Shown here: positions 18,696 through 26,947 of the stretch, piece by piece
How the letters are laid out: each line of letters opens with the position of its first letter
Position numbering within the stretch: position 1 is the stretch's first letter
Source of the DNA: a virus
Direction: 5' to 3' (one strand)
IMG/VR virus record: IMGVR_UViG_3300046786_000331
Coordinates: 81,728-145,727 of that record
Length of the DNA: 64,000 nucleotides
Made by a program: the position numbers and the translations under genes
Notes under the pieces: generated by a model
What the model saw: only the letters and a program-made list of their open reading frames with translations
Databases searched by the model: none
Told to the model about the DNA's origin: nothing

Positions 18696-18881
18696 ATGGA
18701 TTTTGATACCAGCAACTTTAAAGAAAGAAAATGGAAGACTGGAGTTCTTCCTCCCGAGGATGCGATGCGCCCAAGATGCAAGGTGCTGTATTGTTACGAC
18801 GGAGTAAAGGGAGTACCAGATGAAGATGAGACTGATTTAGTCGATTGGCTCATAGTTATAGCATACGAAACTAAGGAATAA
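18696..18881 (+). CDS. small hypothetical protein (61 aa)
   Basis: Exactly fills the gap between two plus-strand genes with 1-nt spacers. Confidence 0.6.
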   Translation: MDFDTSNFKERKWKTGVLPPEDAMRPRCKVLYCYDGVKGVPDEDETDLVDWLIVIAYETKE

Positions 18882-18882
18882 T

Positions 18883-19659
18883 ATGGAACCAAAAGACTAC
18901 GAAGCTAGGGCAAAATACAAATCGCTTCCTCTTGATTTTCAATATCAAGGTGCCGAGAAGTACAAGAGTAACTTTGACTATGTTAGAGAAAACTTTAGTA
19001 GCTACCATTTTGATAAATGGAAGAAAGAAGACGAAGGCGAATGGTATCATCAACTTGGAAGATTTGAACTAGATCCATCTATTGACGAAATGCTTCCATG
19101 GCTAATTGAAAAGTCTAAAGATGTAGGATGGAATGACTTATCTAAGATCGGTGCCCATCCTGGGTTCCCTGGAGGAGTTAGTCCGTTACACGCACAAGAA
19201 GAACATGATAGAATTGCCAGTGGCGTGGAGACAGACTTCGTGCAAATGGTTCCAGAACCAGACATGGTGAATATCCCTGCGCTACAAAAGATGGGAGAGT
19301 ACTGGAAATTTAAACGCCTACGTACTCGAGTTCATGTTCAGTTTCCTGGACAACTATTTTCAACACACGTTGATAAACTATGGCATCGTAATCCGTTGGC
19401 ACCTCACAAGATGTGTAGGATGGTTATTTTCTTACAAGACTACGAGCCAGGTCAGGTAATGATTTACGGAAATGCAGTATTAACACAGTGGCGTAAGGGA
19501 GATGTACACATTTTCGATACTCTCAATGTTCCTCATTCTACTGCTAATATGAGTTACAGTCCGAGAGCTGTTATGATTATTACTGCGGCAAGGACTGACG
19601 AGAGTGATGAAATACTAAGGGCATGTAACAAAGATAGTATTCATAGAATTACTTTGTAA
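18883..19659 (+). CDS. Fe(II)/2OG-type oxygenase-like protein (AspH-like)
   Basis: VQFPGQ..STHVD, RMVIFLQDYEPGQ, PHSTAN, PRAVMIIT; AAGGA SD. Confidence 0.7.
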   Translation: MEPKDYEARAKYKSLPLDFQYQGAEKYKSNFDYVRENFSSYHFDKWKKEDEGEWYHQLGRFELDPSIDEMLPWLIEKSKDVGWNDLSKIGAHPGFPGGVSPLHAQEEHDRIASGVETDFVQMVPEPDMVNIPALQKMGEYWKFKRLRTRVHVQFPGQLFSTHVDKLWHRNPLAPHKMCRMVIFLQDYEPGQVMIYGNAVLTQWRKGDVHIFDTLNVPHSTANMSYSPRAVMIITAARTDESDEILRACNKDSIHRITL

Positions 19660-20720
19660 GTCTTTAGAAAATATTCATCAACATCAATACCTAATCCTAT
19701 CCCATTAGGTAACAAGGACCCAACAGGGTCCTTTGTTATATCTGCTTCGAGATAATTGTTAGTAACACTAACGCCCCAATCAACGTTTGGAACTACCGCA
19801 GCACAATGCAATAACGCTGCTGTGGCTATTCCTGTTTCTGAAACTTTTCCTGATATATTAATTGCCAAGCCTAATTGGCTGCAAAGGTCGGAACACTCAA
19901 CAACACTTAACGGTCCACCTAATTTAATATTTTTAAGATTAATTCCACGAGCAGCATCGAGTCTTTTTATTTCGTATAGATCGTTTATATCAAATACAAA
20001 TTCATCCATACATAGGTTAGTTGATAATCGTTGAATCAATACCATGTCGTCAACACTAGACACAGGTTGCTCTAAGAATTTTAAATTACAATCTGTTGTT
20101 CCTTCTATATAACAGATTGTTTGATCCAATGTTAACCCTGCATTAGCATCTGCACAGATGATTGCAGAATCCCCGAGTTGCTTACGAAGTTCTACGGTAC
20201 CTTGAATGTCTTCATCGATGTCCTTGCTGGCAACTTTAATTTTAAACCAAGATGCTGTAGAAGACATTGCTTCGACAATATTTTCTTCCCAGCTTTTATT
20301 TCCTAGAATATGAATGCTGTTAAAAGTATCACGCTTTACAGTTCCCAAAATATTTGCCACAGATGTGTTTTGAGATTTTGAATACGCATCTAACAACGCT
20401 ATTTCTATCGCACTCTTGGCTCCTGGATTGGCATATATCGATTTGTTTATTTTTAACAACAGGGTTTTGTAATCGGATATATTTTGTCCCACCAAAATTT
20501 TAACAAATACAGATTCAATCACTAGTTTAATTGTGCTTTGAAGCTCTCCAGTCATTCTCGGAGCTGATGCTGTTTCTCCCCACCCTACAATTCCCGAAGA
20601 TAATTCTAACCGTACAATTACGTTTTCTGCTGTCTTTAAACAGCGATCATTCATGTACATTGGTTTTTTTAAAGGTATTGTTACTGGAAAAATTTCTATT
20701 TTTGCAATTGTATCTATCAT
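19641..20720 (-). CDS. enolase superfamily, mandelate racemase/muconate lactonizing enzyme subgroup
   Basis: GIVGWGE, AKSAIEIALLD, KxK (FKIK), metal ligands DAN/EQP/DE, second Lys (NLK..KLGG), P.GIGLGIDVD. Confidence 0.88.
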   Translation of the reverse strand: MIDTIAKIEIFPVTIPLKKPMYMNDRCLKTAENVIVRLELSSGIVGWGETASAPRMTGELQSTIKLVIESVFVKILVGQNISDYKTLLLKINKSIYANPGAKSAIEIALLDAYSKSQNTSVANILGTVKRDTFNSIHILGNKSWEENIVEAMSSTASWFKIKVASKDIDEDIQGTVELRKQLGDSAIICADANAGLTLDQTICYIEGTTDCNLKFLEQPVSSVDDMVLIQRLSTNLCMDEFVFDINDLYEIKRLDAARGINLKNIKLGGPLSVVECSDLCSQLGLAINISGKVSETGIATAALLHCAAVVPNVDWGVSVTNNYLEADITKDPVGSLLPNGIGLGIDVDEYFLKTYKVIL

Positions 20721-20771
20721 AACTATAATTATCTGCTAAATAAACGCAGTAATATCTTTACGGGAACTATT

Positions 20772-21077
20772 ATGGCATTTAAAGTAACCACAATTTATAA
20801 GCGTCCATCGTTGGACATACCATGGCACATCCAATGGTTTTTTGGAAAATATTCTCAGCAATATATCGATTGCCAGGTTTTATATATGATGGACTTACGT
20901 AGAGTTGTTAAGGGCGGCGACACGCTAACCCTAACTATCGAAAATACTTGGGATAGTGAAGAACAATTCATAGAATACACAAATAATACCGGAGTTGTTA
21001 ATCACATGGCCAAGGTTGATGAATATCACCAATCATGCGGAATCATTGCCGAGCCTAAAATATACGAAGAAATTTAA
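20772..21077 (+). CDS. small hypothetical protein (possible dimeric alpha/beta barrel)
   Basis: ORF with TAAATA at 20737; WDSEEQF motif. Confidence 0.6.
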   Translation: MAFKVTTIYKRPSLDIPWHIQWFFGKYSQQYIDCQVLYMMDLRRVVKGGDTLTLTIENTWDSEEQFIEYTNNTGVVNHMAKVDEYHQSCGIIAEPKIYEEI

Positions 21078-21090
21078 ATAATTTGGACAT

Positions 21091-21118
21091 AAAAAAAGGA
21101 CCCCGGAGGGTCCTTTTT
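21091..21118. terminator. bidirectional intrinsic terminator
   Basis: AAAAAGGACCC-CGGA-GGGTCCTTTTT; reads C(UCCG)G on the minus strand. Confidence 0.9.
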
Positions 21119-21131
21119 GCATTTATGCAGA

Positions 21132-21695
21132 TTAAAATGTTCTGGTGTAATTAAATGCTACGTTGTTTTGATTAGTATCTCCACGAACTTGGTCGTATCT
21201 AACTCCAACTGTGTCTTGCTTTGTTACAGCATAGCTCATACCAACTCTCCATGTGTTAGTTGTATCAGCATATGCAGTTGAATCAAATGCAGTTCTATAT
21301 CTGTAACCGAGACGTGCAGTTAGTCCAGTATTTCCTAACGGAGCAGTTACACCTGGTTCGACAGAGTAATAGCTGTAGTTAGTAACAGTTGTAAACTTTT
21401 GTCCAACGGCTACTCTCATATACGGACTAACCAATCCGACTGTTGTTCTGCCAGTTAGACTTCCTTCTATTCGACTATTGCTTACTGCACCAGTTGAATC
21501 CTTTGCACCAAAGTTTGTGGTGACTCCGCCGGAGAAATTCTTATTAATATTCTCCGAAACAGAAACTAGATAGAGTGAACTGTCAGTAGTACCTTTTACT
21601 CCTGTCTGATCCTGATACTCAACGGTTGCCGATGCTGCATACACAGCACTGTTTGATAAAATTGCTAAAGTTAAAATAGCCAATAGTTTTTTCAT
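21132..21695 (-). CDS. outer-membrane beta-barrel (porin-like) protein
   Basis: Sec signal peptide, alternating beta strands, C-terminal YTRTF Bam signal; AAGGAG SD. Confidence 0.75.
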   Translation of the reverse strand: MKKLLAILTLAILSNSAVYAASATVEYQDQTGVKGTTDSSLYLVSVSENINKNFSGGVTTNFGAKDSTGAVSNSRIEGSLTGRTTVGLVSPYMRVAVGQKFTTVTNYSYYSVEPGVTAPLGNTGLTARLGYRYRTAFDSTAYADTTNTWRVGMSYAVTKQDTVGVRYDQVRGDTNQNNVAFNYTRTF

Positions 21696-21783
21696 GTAAA
21701 CTCCTTAAAAAAGTAAAGTATATATACAATGTAATTTAGCTACATGAAAAATCTGAGAGATTGCCAAATAATAATAATTTCTG

Positions 21784-21812
21784 TTGTATATTTGCAATAA
21801 AGGTTATATACT
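21784..21812 (+). promoter_or_regulatory. sigma70-type promoter for the tRNA-like RNA
   Basis: TTGTAT(21784)-17 nt-TATACT(21807); predicted +1 near 21818-21819. Confidence 0.6.
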
Positions 21813-21818
21813 AACAAT

Positions 21819-21932
21819 GTGGTCGTGAGCGGAATTGGCATACCTCCCGATTCTTCCTTTTTGGAAAATTGGGGCCGGGGCGCTGAGTATAACTCGCAGC
21901 CTTTGTAGGTTCGAAACCTACCGACCACACCG
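21819..21932 (+). ncRNA. atypical tRNA-like RNA (extended anticodon and variable arms; identity unassignable)
   Basis: Acceptor stem GTGGTCG/CGACCAC, class-II-like D loop GGAATTGGCATA, T arm GTAGG-TTCGAAA-CCTAC, 3' ACCG; anticodon arm non-canonical. Confidence 0.7.
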
Positions 21933-21975
21933 ATTACTTTTATAAGTAAAGACACATAACAATAAGGAATTTATT

Positions 21976-22167
21976 ATGTCAAACACAGTAGAACAACTCA
22001 AGGCAGACTTCGAAGCATTCTTAGCTGAAGATGCAAAATTTACAGCAGGTAACGGTGCAGCAGGTACAAGAGCACGTAAGGCACTACAAGAAGTAGCTAA
22101 AGGCGTTAAAGCTCGTCGTAACGAAATCACAGCAGAGAAGAACGCTCGCAAAGAAGCCAAGGTCTAA
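21976..22167 (+). CDS. histone H1-like (Hc1-family) small basic protein
   Basis: KFTAGNGAAGTRARKALQE motif; AAGGA SD; TATAAGTA upstream. Confidence 0.75.
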   Translation: MSNTVEQLKADFEAFLAEDAKFTAGNGAAGTRARKALQEVAKGVKARRNEITAEKNARKEAKV

Positions 22168-22169
22168 TC

Positions 22170-22661
22170 ATGGACGACAAGGACAGTATCACTTTTGATG
22201 ATATTGAAATTGATCTAAGCAGTTATGGTGCTCAAGGTAGCACCATGACTAGTACCATAGATACAATTACCCTTGGGTCCGGTGTGTCAACAATTACACT
22301 ACCTTCGCCTACACTTTCTTACAATTATGGAGCAACTGTAGGCGGTATCACAACTATCAATAACATCAGCAATAACAGTCAATGGACGACTGGGACGAAC
22401 TGTTATACATTTGCTAATACCTCTACCTCGCCCACTGTTAATATTAGTACTGACGGCATCGATATGGCTGCTGGGACTGATATTAAAATTGATGGCAAAA
22501 GTCTAAAAGATTTTATGACTAAAATGGAAAAACGTTTAGCAATACTCGTACCAGACCCAACTAAATTAGAAAAGTTTGAAGCACTCAAAAAGGCTTATGA
22601 ACATTACAAAACAATGGAAAGTCTTTGTTTTGACGAACCAACTGAAGAAGAACCAAAATGA
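22170..22661 (+). CDS. hypothetical protein (Thr/Ser-rich middle, helical C-terminus)
   Basis: ORF in operon. Confidence 0.75.
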   Translation: MDDKDSITFDDIEIDLSSYGAQGSTMTSTIDTITLGSGVSTITLPSPTLSYNYGATVGGITTINNISNNSQWTTGTNCYTFANTSTSPTVNISTDGIDMAAGTDIKIDGKSLKDFMTKMEKRLAILVPDPTKLEKFEALKKAYEHYKTMESLCFDEPTEEEPK

Positions 22662-23329
22662 CCGTTAGACTATTATCATATAGCCAGCCAACTGAAGAAT
22701 TTGCAAACATGGGCATTGACAATGCGCAGGAACTTATTGCATATTGCGCCCGTGTTTCAAATCCTTCAAATCAATTTAACACAGAGACATCAGAAAAACT
22801 TATCAATTATCTTGTCAAACATCAACATTGGAGTCCATTAGAAATGGTTAGTGCCTGTGTTGAAATTGAAACTACACGAGATATTGCTCGACAAATTTTG
22901 CGTCATCGCAGTTTTAGCTTTCAAGAGTTTAGTCAACGCTATGCTGATCCTACTAAGGATCTAGATTTTGTTGTTCGTGAAGCTCGTCTTCAAGATACCA
23001 AGAATAGACAAAACAGTATTGAAACTGACGATGTTGAGCTACAGGCTTGGTGGGATGCTAAACAAAAGTTTCTAATTGAGTATGTCAAAGAAACATATGC
23101 TGAAGCAATTTCTAGGGGCATTGCTAAAGAACAAGCCCGTGCTATTCTCCCAGAAGGCAATACAGTAAGTCGCTTGTACATGAATGGAACTCTACGCAGT
23201 TGGGTTCATTTTATTACATTGCGTTCAGCAAATGGAACTCAGAAAGAACATCAGTTAGTTGCACTAGCCTGTGCTAAAGCAATTGCTGCTATCTTTCCAA
23301 TGAGCCAATCACTAGTGTCCAATGGATAA
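22658..23329 (+). CDS. thyX: flavin-dependent thymidylate synthase
   Basis: HWSPLE, RQILRHRSFSFQEFSQRY signature, EQARAILP, TQKEH. Confidence 0.95.
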   Translation: MTVRLLSYSQPTEEFANMGIDNAQELIAYCARVSNPSNQFNTETSEKLINYLVKHQHWSPLEMVSACVEIETTRDIARQILRHRSFSFQEFSQRYADPTKDLDFVVREARLQDTKNRQNSIETDDVELQAWWDAKQKFLIEYVKETYAEAISRGIAKEQARAILPEGNTVSRLYMNGTLRSWVHFITLRSANGTQKEHQLVALACAKAIAAIFPMSQSLVSNG

Positions 23330-23705
23330 GTCTAAGTTAGAAAAGTTTTGCGAGAACTACGAAGTTAAGGTGGTTAACGATAACGGGCGATATGCTCGCT
23401 ATCGTCCACCATCTTTTTTCTGTAATCCAGAACGTGCAGATCTTGTACGAAATGATTTAGAAGAATTTAGAACTGAAAAGTTATACACTATTCAAATCCC
23501 AGAAAGCAGATTGCAAACTTTAGTAGAATTAGAAAATCGTTTTTACAATCATCGAAACTCCGAAGGTATGCGTAACATGTTTGAAGTCCTAATGGAAAAA
23601 GAACGTGAAGAATTGCATCTTCGAAACTCAAACGAGGCTATAAAAAAAGCCTACGAACAATATTCCATTTTGCTCAACCTTGCCGGTTATCAACGAAAAT
23701 TCTAA
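23322..23705 (+). CDS. hypothetical protein
   Basis: ORF overlapping the thyX stop. Confidence 0.75.
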   Translation: MDKSKLEKFCENYEVKVVNDNGRYARYRPPSFFCNPERADLVRNDLEEFRTEKLYTIQIPESRLQTLVELENRFYNHRNSEGMRNMFEVLMEKEREELHLRNSNEAIKKAYEQYSILLNLAGYQRKF

Positions 23706-23709
23706 CATA

Positions 23710-23738
23710 TTGACATGTTTTTGTTTTGACTGTATAAT
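23710..23738 (+). promoter_or_regulatory. consensus sigma70 promoter (early), leaderless
   Basis: TTGACA-17 nt-TATAAT; ATG 23745 lies 6 nt downstream. Confidence 0.85.
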
Positions 23739-23744
23739 TACTGT

Positions 23745-24548
23745 ATGAGATCACATTACTGGACATGTTCTACATTTGCGGACTGGCTTCGTGGCACTCC
23801 TAAGCCAGGAGCCGAAACATCTAAAGGCTGGAGAGAATGGACAAAGAAAGCCAAATCTGCACATCCGTTCCGTTACTGGCTAGCAGACGATGCGTTAAGG
23901 ACTTTACAAACTATTGTATATTGGCCTGTGGACAAACTAAACGATGTTAGATATTACATCAACAATCGGTTCGTTAGTCGTAGCCACGCTCTTACTGCTC
24001 ATCCTCGAGACATTAGACCCGGAAACTGGTGTGATGTTGGTAATCGTTTTTTACCTTGCCTTTTCAATGAACTTGTTAACTTTGTAGAAATTGAAACAGC
24101 ATGGAATCATTGTATGTGGAGCGACGAAGCTCGAAACAAATATATGGTACCTTGGTATCGAAAAGGGTGGCTTCGTCTTAGAACCTGGCGTTGCCCTGCT
24201 GCCGGTATGGATCATCTAATCTGGGCAGCGGCTCTACTTGACGACAATAACGAACCTACTCGTCAAGCAATTAACGCAAAAGAGGCCATTGACTTATATG
24301 TTTGGTGGACTGCAATTCGCCCAAGTCGTCCTGATCCATATGAAGTCAGCGGATGGTCCGCTATCTGTGCAAATCGTCGAAAAAATAGCGATGATGACAT
24401 TTTTGGACTAGACGACGAAACCCCAGAAGAACAACTTTTGAGCAAACAGGCTCTTGACAAATGTCATGAACTTGAACAACAATACGAACAAGAAGACGAA
24501 GAAATGATGATTCGTTTAATTAAAATTAGACAAGGACTTTGGACATAA
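23745..24548 (+). CDS. hypothetical protein (Trp-rich)
   Basis: Long ORF behind a consensus promoter. Confidence 0.8.
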   Translation: MRSHYWTCSTFADWLRGTPKPGAETSKGWREWTKKAKSAHPFRYWLADDALRTLQTIVYWPVDKLNDVRYYINNRFVSRSHALTAHPRDIRPGNWCDVGNRFLPCLFNELVNFVEIETAWNHCMWSDEARNKYMVPWYRKGWLRLRTWRCPAAGMDHLIWAAALLDDNNEPTRQAINAKEAIDLYVWWTAIRPSRPDPYEVSGWSAICANRRKNSDDDIFGLDDETPEEQLLSKQALDKCHELEQQYEQEDEEMMIRLIKIRQGLWT

Positions 24549-24961
24549 TGAAAACAGAAGTGCCAGCAGAAGGTATTCTAAAACGCGGCGATTTTGGCGA
24601 TAGTAAATTCTATCAAGTTGTCTGCGGCTGTGGACAAGAGTATCATGATCATAATGTCGAAGTTGAAGCCTCTGACACTGGCGTAAATGTTAATGTCTAT
24701 ATGTCTGTCAAAACTGATTACTGGTCAGAGCTTATCGAAAAGCGATACGATATCGATAGCACTTGGCAACAAGAGTTTGATTGGTTCTGGAAAGACGTTG
24801 TTAATGGTCTTATTCGACGATTAAAAGTAACTTGGGAACTGTGGACTACCGGTGCTGTTACTGCCCACAGTACTATTGCAATGACCGAGCAACAAGCTCT
24901 TAACTACGCAGAAACTTTAAAGACTGCAATTGAAGATGTCAAAAATTTCAAAAAGCCCTAA
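24548..24961 (+). CDS. hypothetical protein
   Basis: TAATG coupling; CGC...H motif. Confidence 0.75.
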   Translation: MKTEVPAEGILKRGDFGDSKFYQVVCGCGQEYHDHNVEVEASDTGVNVNVYMSVKTDYWSELIEKRYDIDSTWQQEFDWFWKDVVNGLIRRLKVTWELWTTGAVTAHSTIAMTEQQALNYAETLKTAIEDVKNFKKP

Positions 24962-25481
24962 TCGACATACTTTTCAAAGAGACAGTTATCTTGAAAGAAT
25001 GGCTGAAGAAGGCAGGACTCCCGAGAATGACGAAACAGTCAAAGCAATGCTAGACTACTATAATAGTTGGAGTTTTGATTCGGAAGAAAAAGAAACAGAT
25101 CCAAGTTGGTATGAAAACAACATGGAAGCAGATATGCGTGTCTGCGACTGGATGTTAGAAAAAGTTCGTAACAGTGACACATATGCTCAAAATTTATATG
25201 CAGCTATGTGCAATAGAGAATTCCAAAAATTAGAAGTACTACCTGTATTGAAAGAGCAAACATGGAGTTGCTCTTGGAGATATGCTGGCGGTGTTATTGC
25301 AGACATGCGCCAAGAGGGTGATTATATAGATTGGTATTGTTCAGGTATAGGTGACGGCCTGGGGAATGGGGATGCTAGCGGAACATTACGTTACGTTAGC
25401 GAAGGAAACGTCACCGACGAAATTAGAGAGGATCTACAGAAGTTGGGCTGGATAGTTCTGCCCGATGAAATGGACGAATAA
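24936..25481 (+). CDS. hypothetical protein (YAQNLYAAMCN / WSCSWRYAG / DYIDWYCSG motifs)
   Basis: ORF with conserved-looking motifs; start ATG 24936. Confidence 0.8.
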   Translation: MSKISKSPNRHTFQRDSYLERMAEEGRTPENDETVKAMLDYYNSWSFDSEEKETDPSWYENNMEADMRVCDWMLEKVRNSDTYAQNLYAAMCNREFQKLEVLPVLKEQTWSCSWRYAGGVIADMRQEGDYIDWYCSGIGDGLGNGDASGTLRYVSEGNVTDEIREDLQKLGWIVLPDEMDE

Positions 25482-25482
25482 T

Positions 25483-25677
25483 ATGTTCATGCTATTTGAA
25501 ATTTGGGTTGAAGACGAAGATGGTCGTCAAGAACTTATTGAGACCACGGCTAGTCAAACCGAAGCATTTAAAATTGCCGAAAAGGCAGTTGCAGAAGGTG
25601 CATTTGCATCTATTGTATTAAAAGAAGATGACGACGGTGATCTTAAAGAAGTACAGCGTTTTGAAGCAGAAGAGTAA
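25483..25677 (+). CDS. small acidic hypothetical protein
   Basis: ORF right after the previous stop. Confidence 0.65.
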   Translation: MFMLFEIWVEDEDGRQELIETTASQTEAFKIAEKAVAEGAFASIVLKEDDDGDLKEVQRFEAEE

Positions 25678-25685
25678 CTTGTCTG

Positions 25686-25715
25686 TTGACATTGTTATAT
25701 TATTAATGTTACATT
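25686..25715 (+). promoter_or_regulatory. sigma70-type promoter
   Basis: TTGACA(25686)-18 nt-TACATT with extended TG; AGGAG SD downstream. Confidence 0.55.
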
Positions 25716-25745
25716 AAAAGTTGTTAATTAATACAGGAGTAGCAA

Positions 25746-26918
25746 ATGGCTACAAAAACAAAGGCAGAACATCTAGCAGCCGCTAGAGCTAGTAAAGGCA
25801 GAGATTTAAGTCCTAAATGGGATGGATGTGATTCTTGGGATGCTAATCAATTTCTAAGACATTTCCATACCAGTATGGCTTGGTATCGCTTAGAGTCAAG
25901 CGGCAAAGAACTTAAACCCAAAGTTATCAATTGGATGTCTGCTAACGGTTATACTAAAGATCAAATTGCAGAATTTAAGAAAACTAAAGATAATCGCTGT
26001 GGAACAACCGTAGGTGCTATTGCTGCCTGCTTGATTAAAGGAATGCCAGATGTACGTGCAGACTTTAATGACGGAAGAAGCACAGCGGCTTGGCTTAAGG
26101 CATCTATTTCTAAAATCGTAGCCGAAGGCAAAGACGATAAAGACGATGAAGAAGTTGTTGATGATAAACCCGCAGTAGTACAACCTAGCATTCAAGAGCG
26201 TGTTCGAGAAGCTAGTTATAAAATGACTGAAGAAATTGAAACAGCCATTGAAGCGTTTCAAACAGATCCAGATACTTTTGATCCTAAAGCATTTAAAGTT
26301 CTTAATTTGCTCAAGGCAAAAGAAGCCAAGGCAGCACATGCTCGTATCATTAAAGAATTCTACAGCAGAAATCTTGCAGAATTAATTGAAGCTGCTGGCA
26401 CAAAAGATGATCAGCTTAAAGAAGCATACAGTCATCTGAGCAAAGCTAATCTAAAGAAAATTACACTTTTCTATCAAGAAATTGTCAGTGCCTGCGATAT
26501 GCTTGCACAAGAAGCCAAAGTTAATCGTGCTCCACGTAAGACTAAGGCTGTGTCTAAAGATAAACTTGTTGCTAAACTCAAGTATAAGAAAGCAGACGAA
26601 CCTCTTAAGTTAGTAAGCGTTAACCCTGTTGACGTTATCGGTTCTAAAGAACTTTGGGTTTACAATACTAAAACTCGTAAATTAGGCAAATATGTGTCTA
26701 CAGAGTTTGCAGAATTAGGAATCAAGGGCACAAGCATTACTAACTTTGATGAGTTCAAGAGTGTGCAAAAGACACTACGCAAGCCCGCAGAGCAGTTAAA
26801 AGCGTTTAAAGACGCCGGAAAAGTAGCACTACGCAAGTTCTTAGATGATATCAATGCTGTTGATACTAAAATGAACGGGCGAATTAGCGAAGAAATTATC
26901 CTACTAAAAGTGGCATAA
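25746..26918 (+). CDS. hypothetical protein (basic, 390 aa)
   Basis: Long ORF with AGGAG SD; WVYNTKTRKL and KTLRKP motifs. Confidence 0.8.
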   Translation: MATKTKAEHLAAARASKGRDLSPKWDGCDSWDANQFLRHFHTSMAWYRLESSGKELKPKVINWMSANGYTKDQIAEFKKTKDNRCGTTVGAIAACLIKGMPDVRADFNDGRSTAAWLKASISKIVAEGKDDKDDEEVVDDKPAVVQPSIQERVREASYKMTEEIETAIEAFQTDPDTFDPKAFKVLNLLKAKEAKAAHARIIKEFYSRNLAELIEAAGTKDDQLKEAYSHLSKANLKKITLFYQEIVSACDMLAQEAKVNRAPRKTKAVSKDKLVAKLKYKKADEPLKLVSVNPVDVIGSKELWVYNTKTRKLGKYVSTEFAELGIKGTSITNFDEFKSVQKTLRKPAEQLKAFKDAGKVALRKFLDDINAVDTKMNGRISEEIILLKVA

Positions 26919-26947
26919 TGTTTGTTTAGAGTTTGATAAATATTGGT

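Noticed and set aside
18696-18881. Lasso peptide precursor for the AsnB-like PP-loop enzymes
   Set aside because: Thr is at -1 rather than -2 to the candidate Gly1, the core would be too long, and no B1/B2 leader peptidase is visible
21819-21932. Calling a standard tRNA (Gly-TCC, Lys-TTT) or tmRNA
   Set aside because: No 5-bp stem/7-nt loop anticodon arm with U33 and purine 37; no G3-U70 pair or tag ORF; too short for tmRNA
21740-21955. 71-aa minus-strand ORF across the tRNA-like element
   Set aside because: Antisense to a structured RNA with its own promoter; no translation signals
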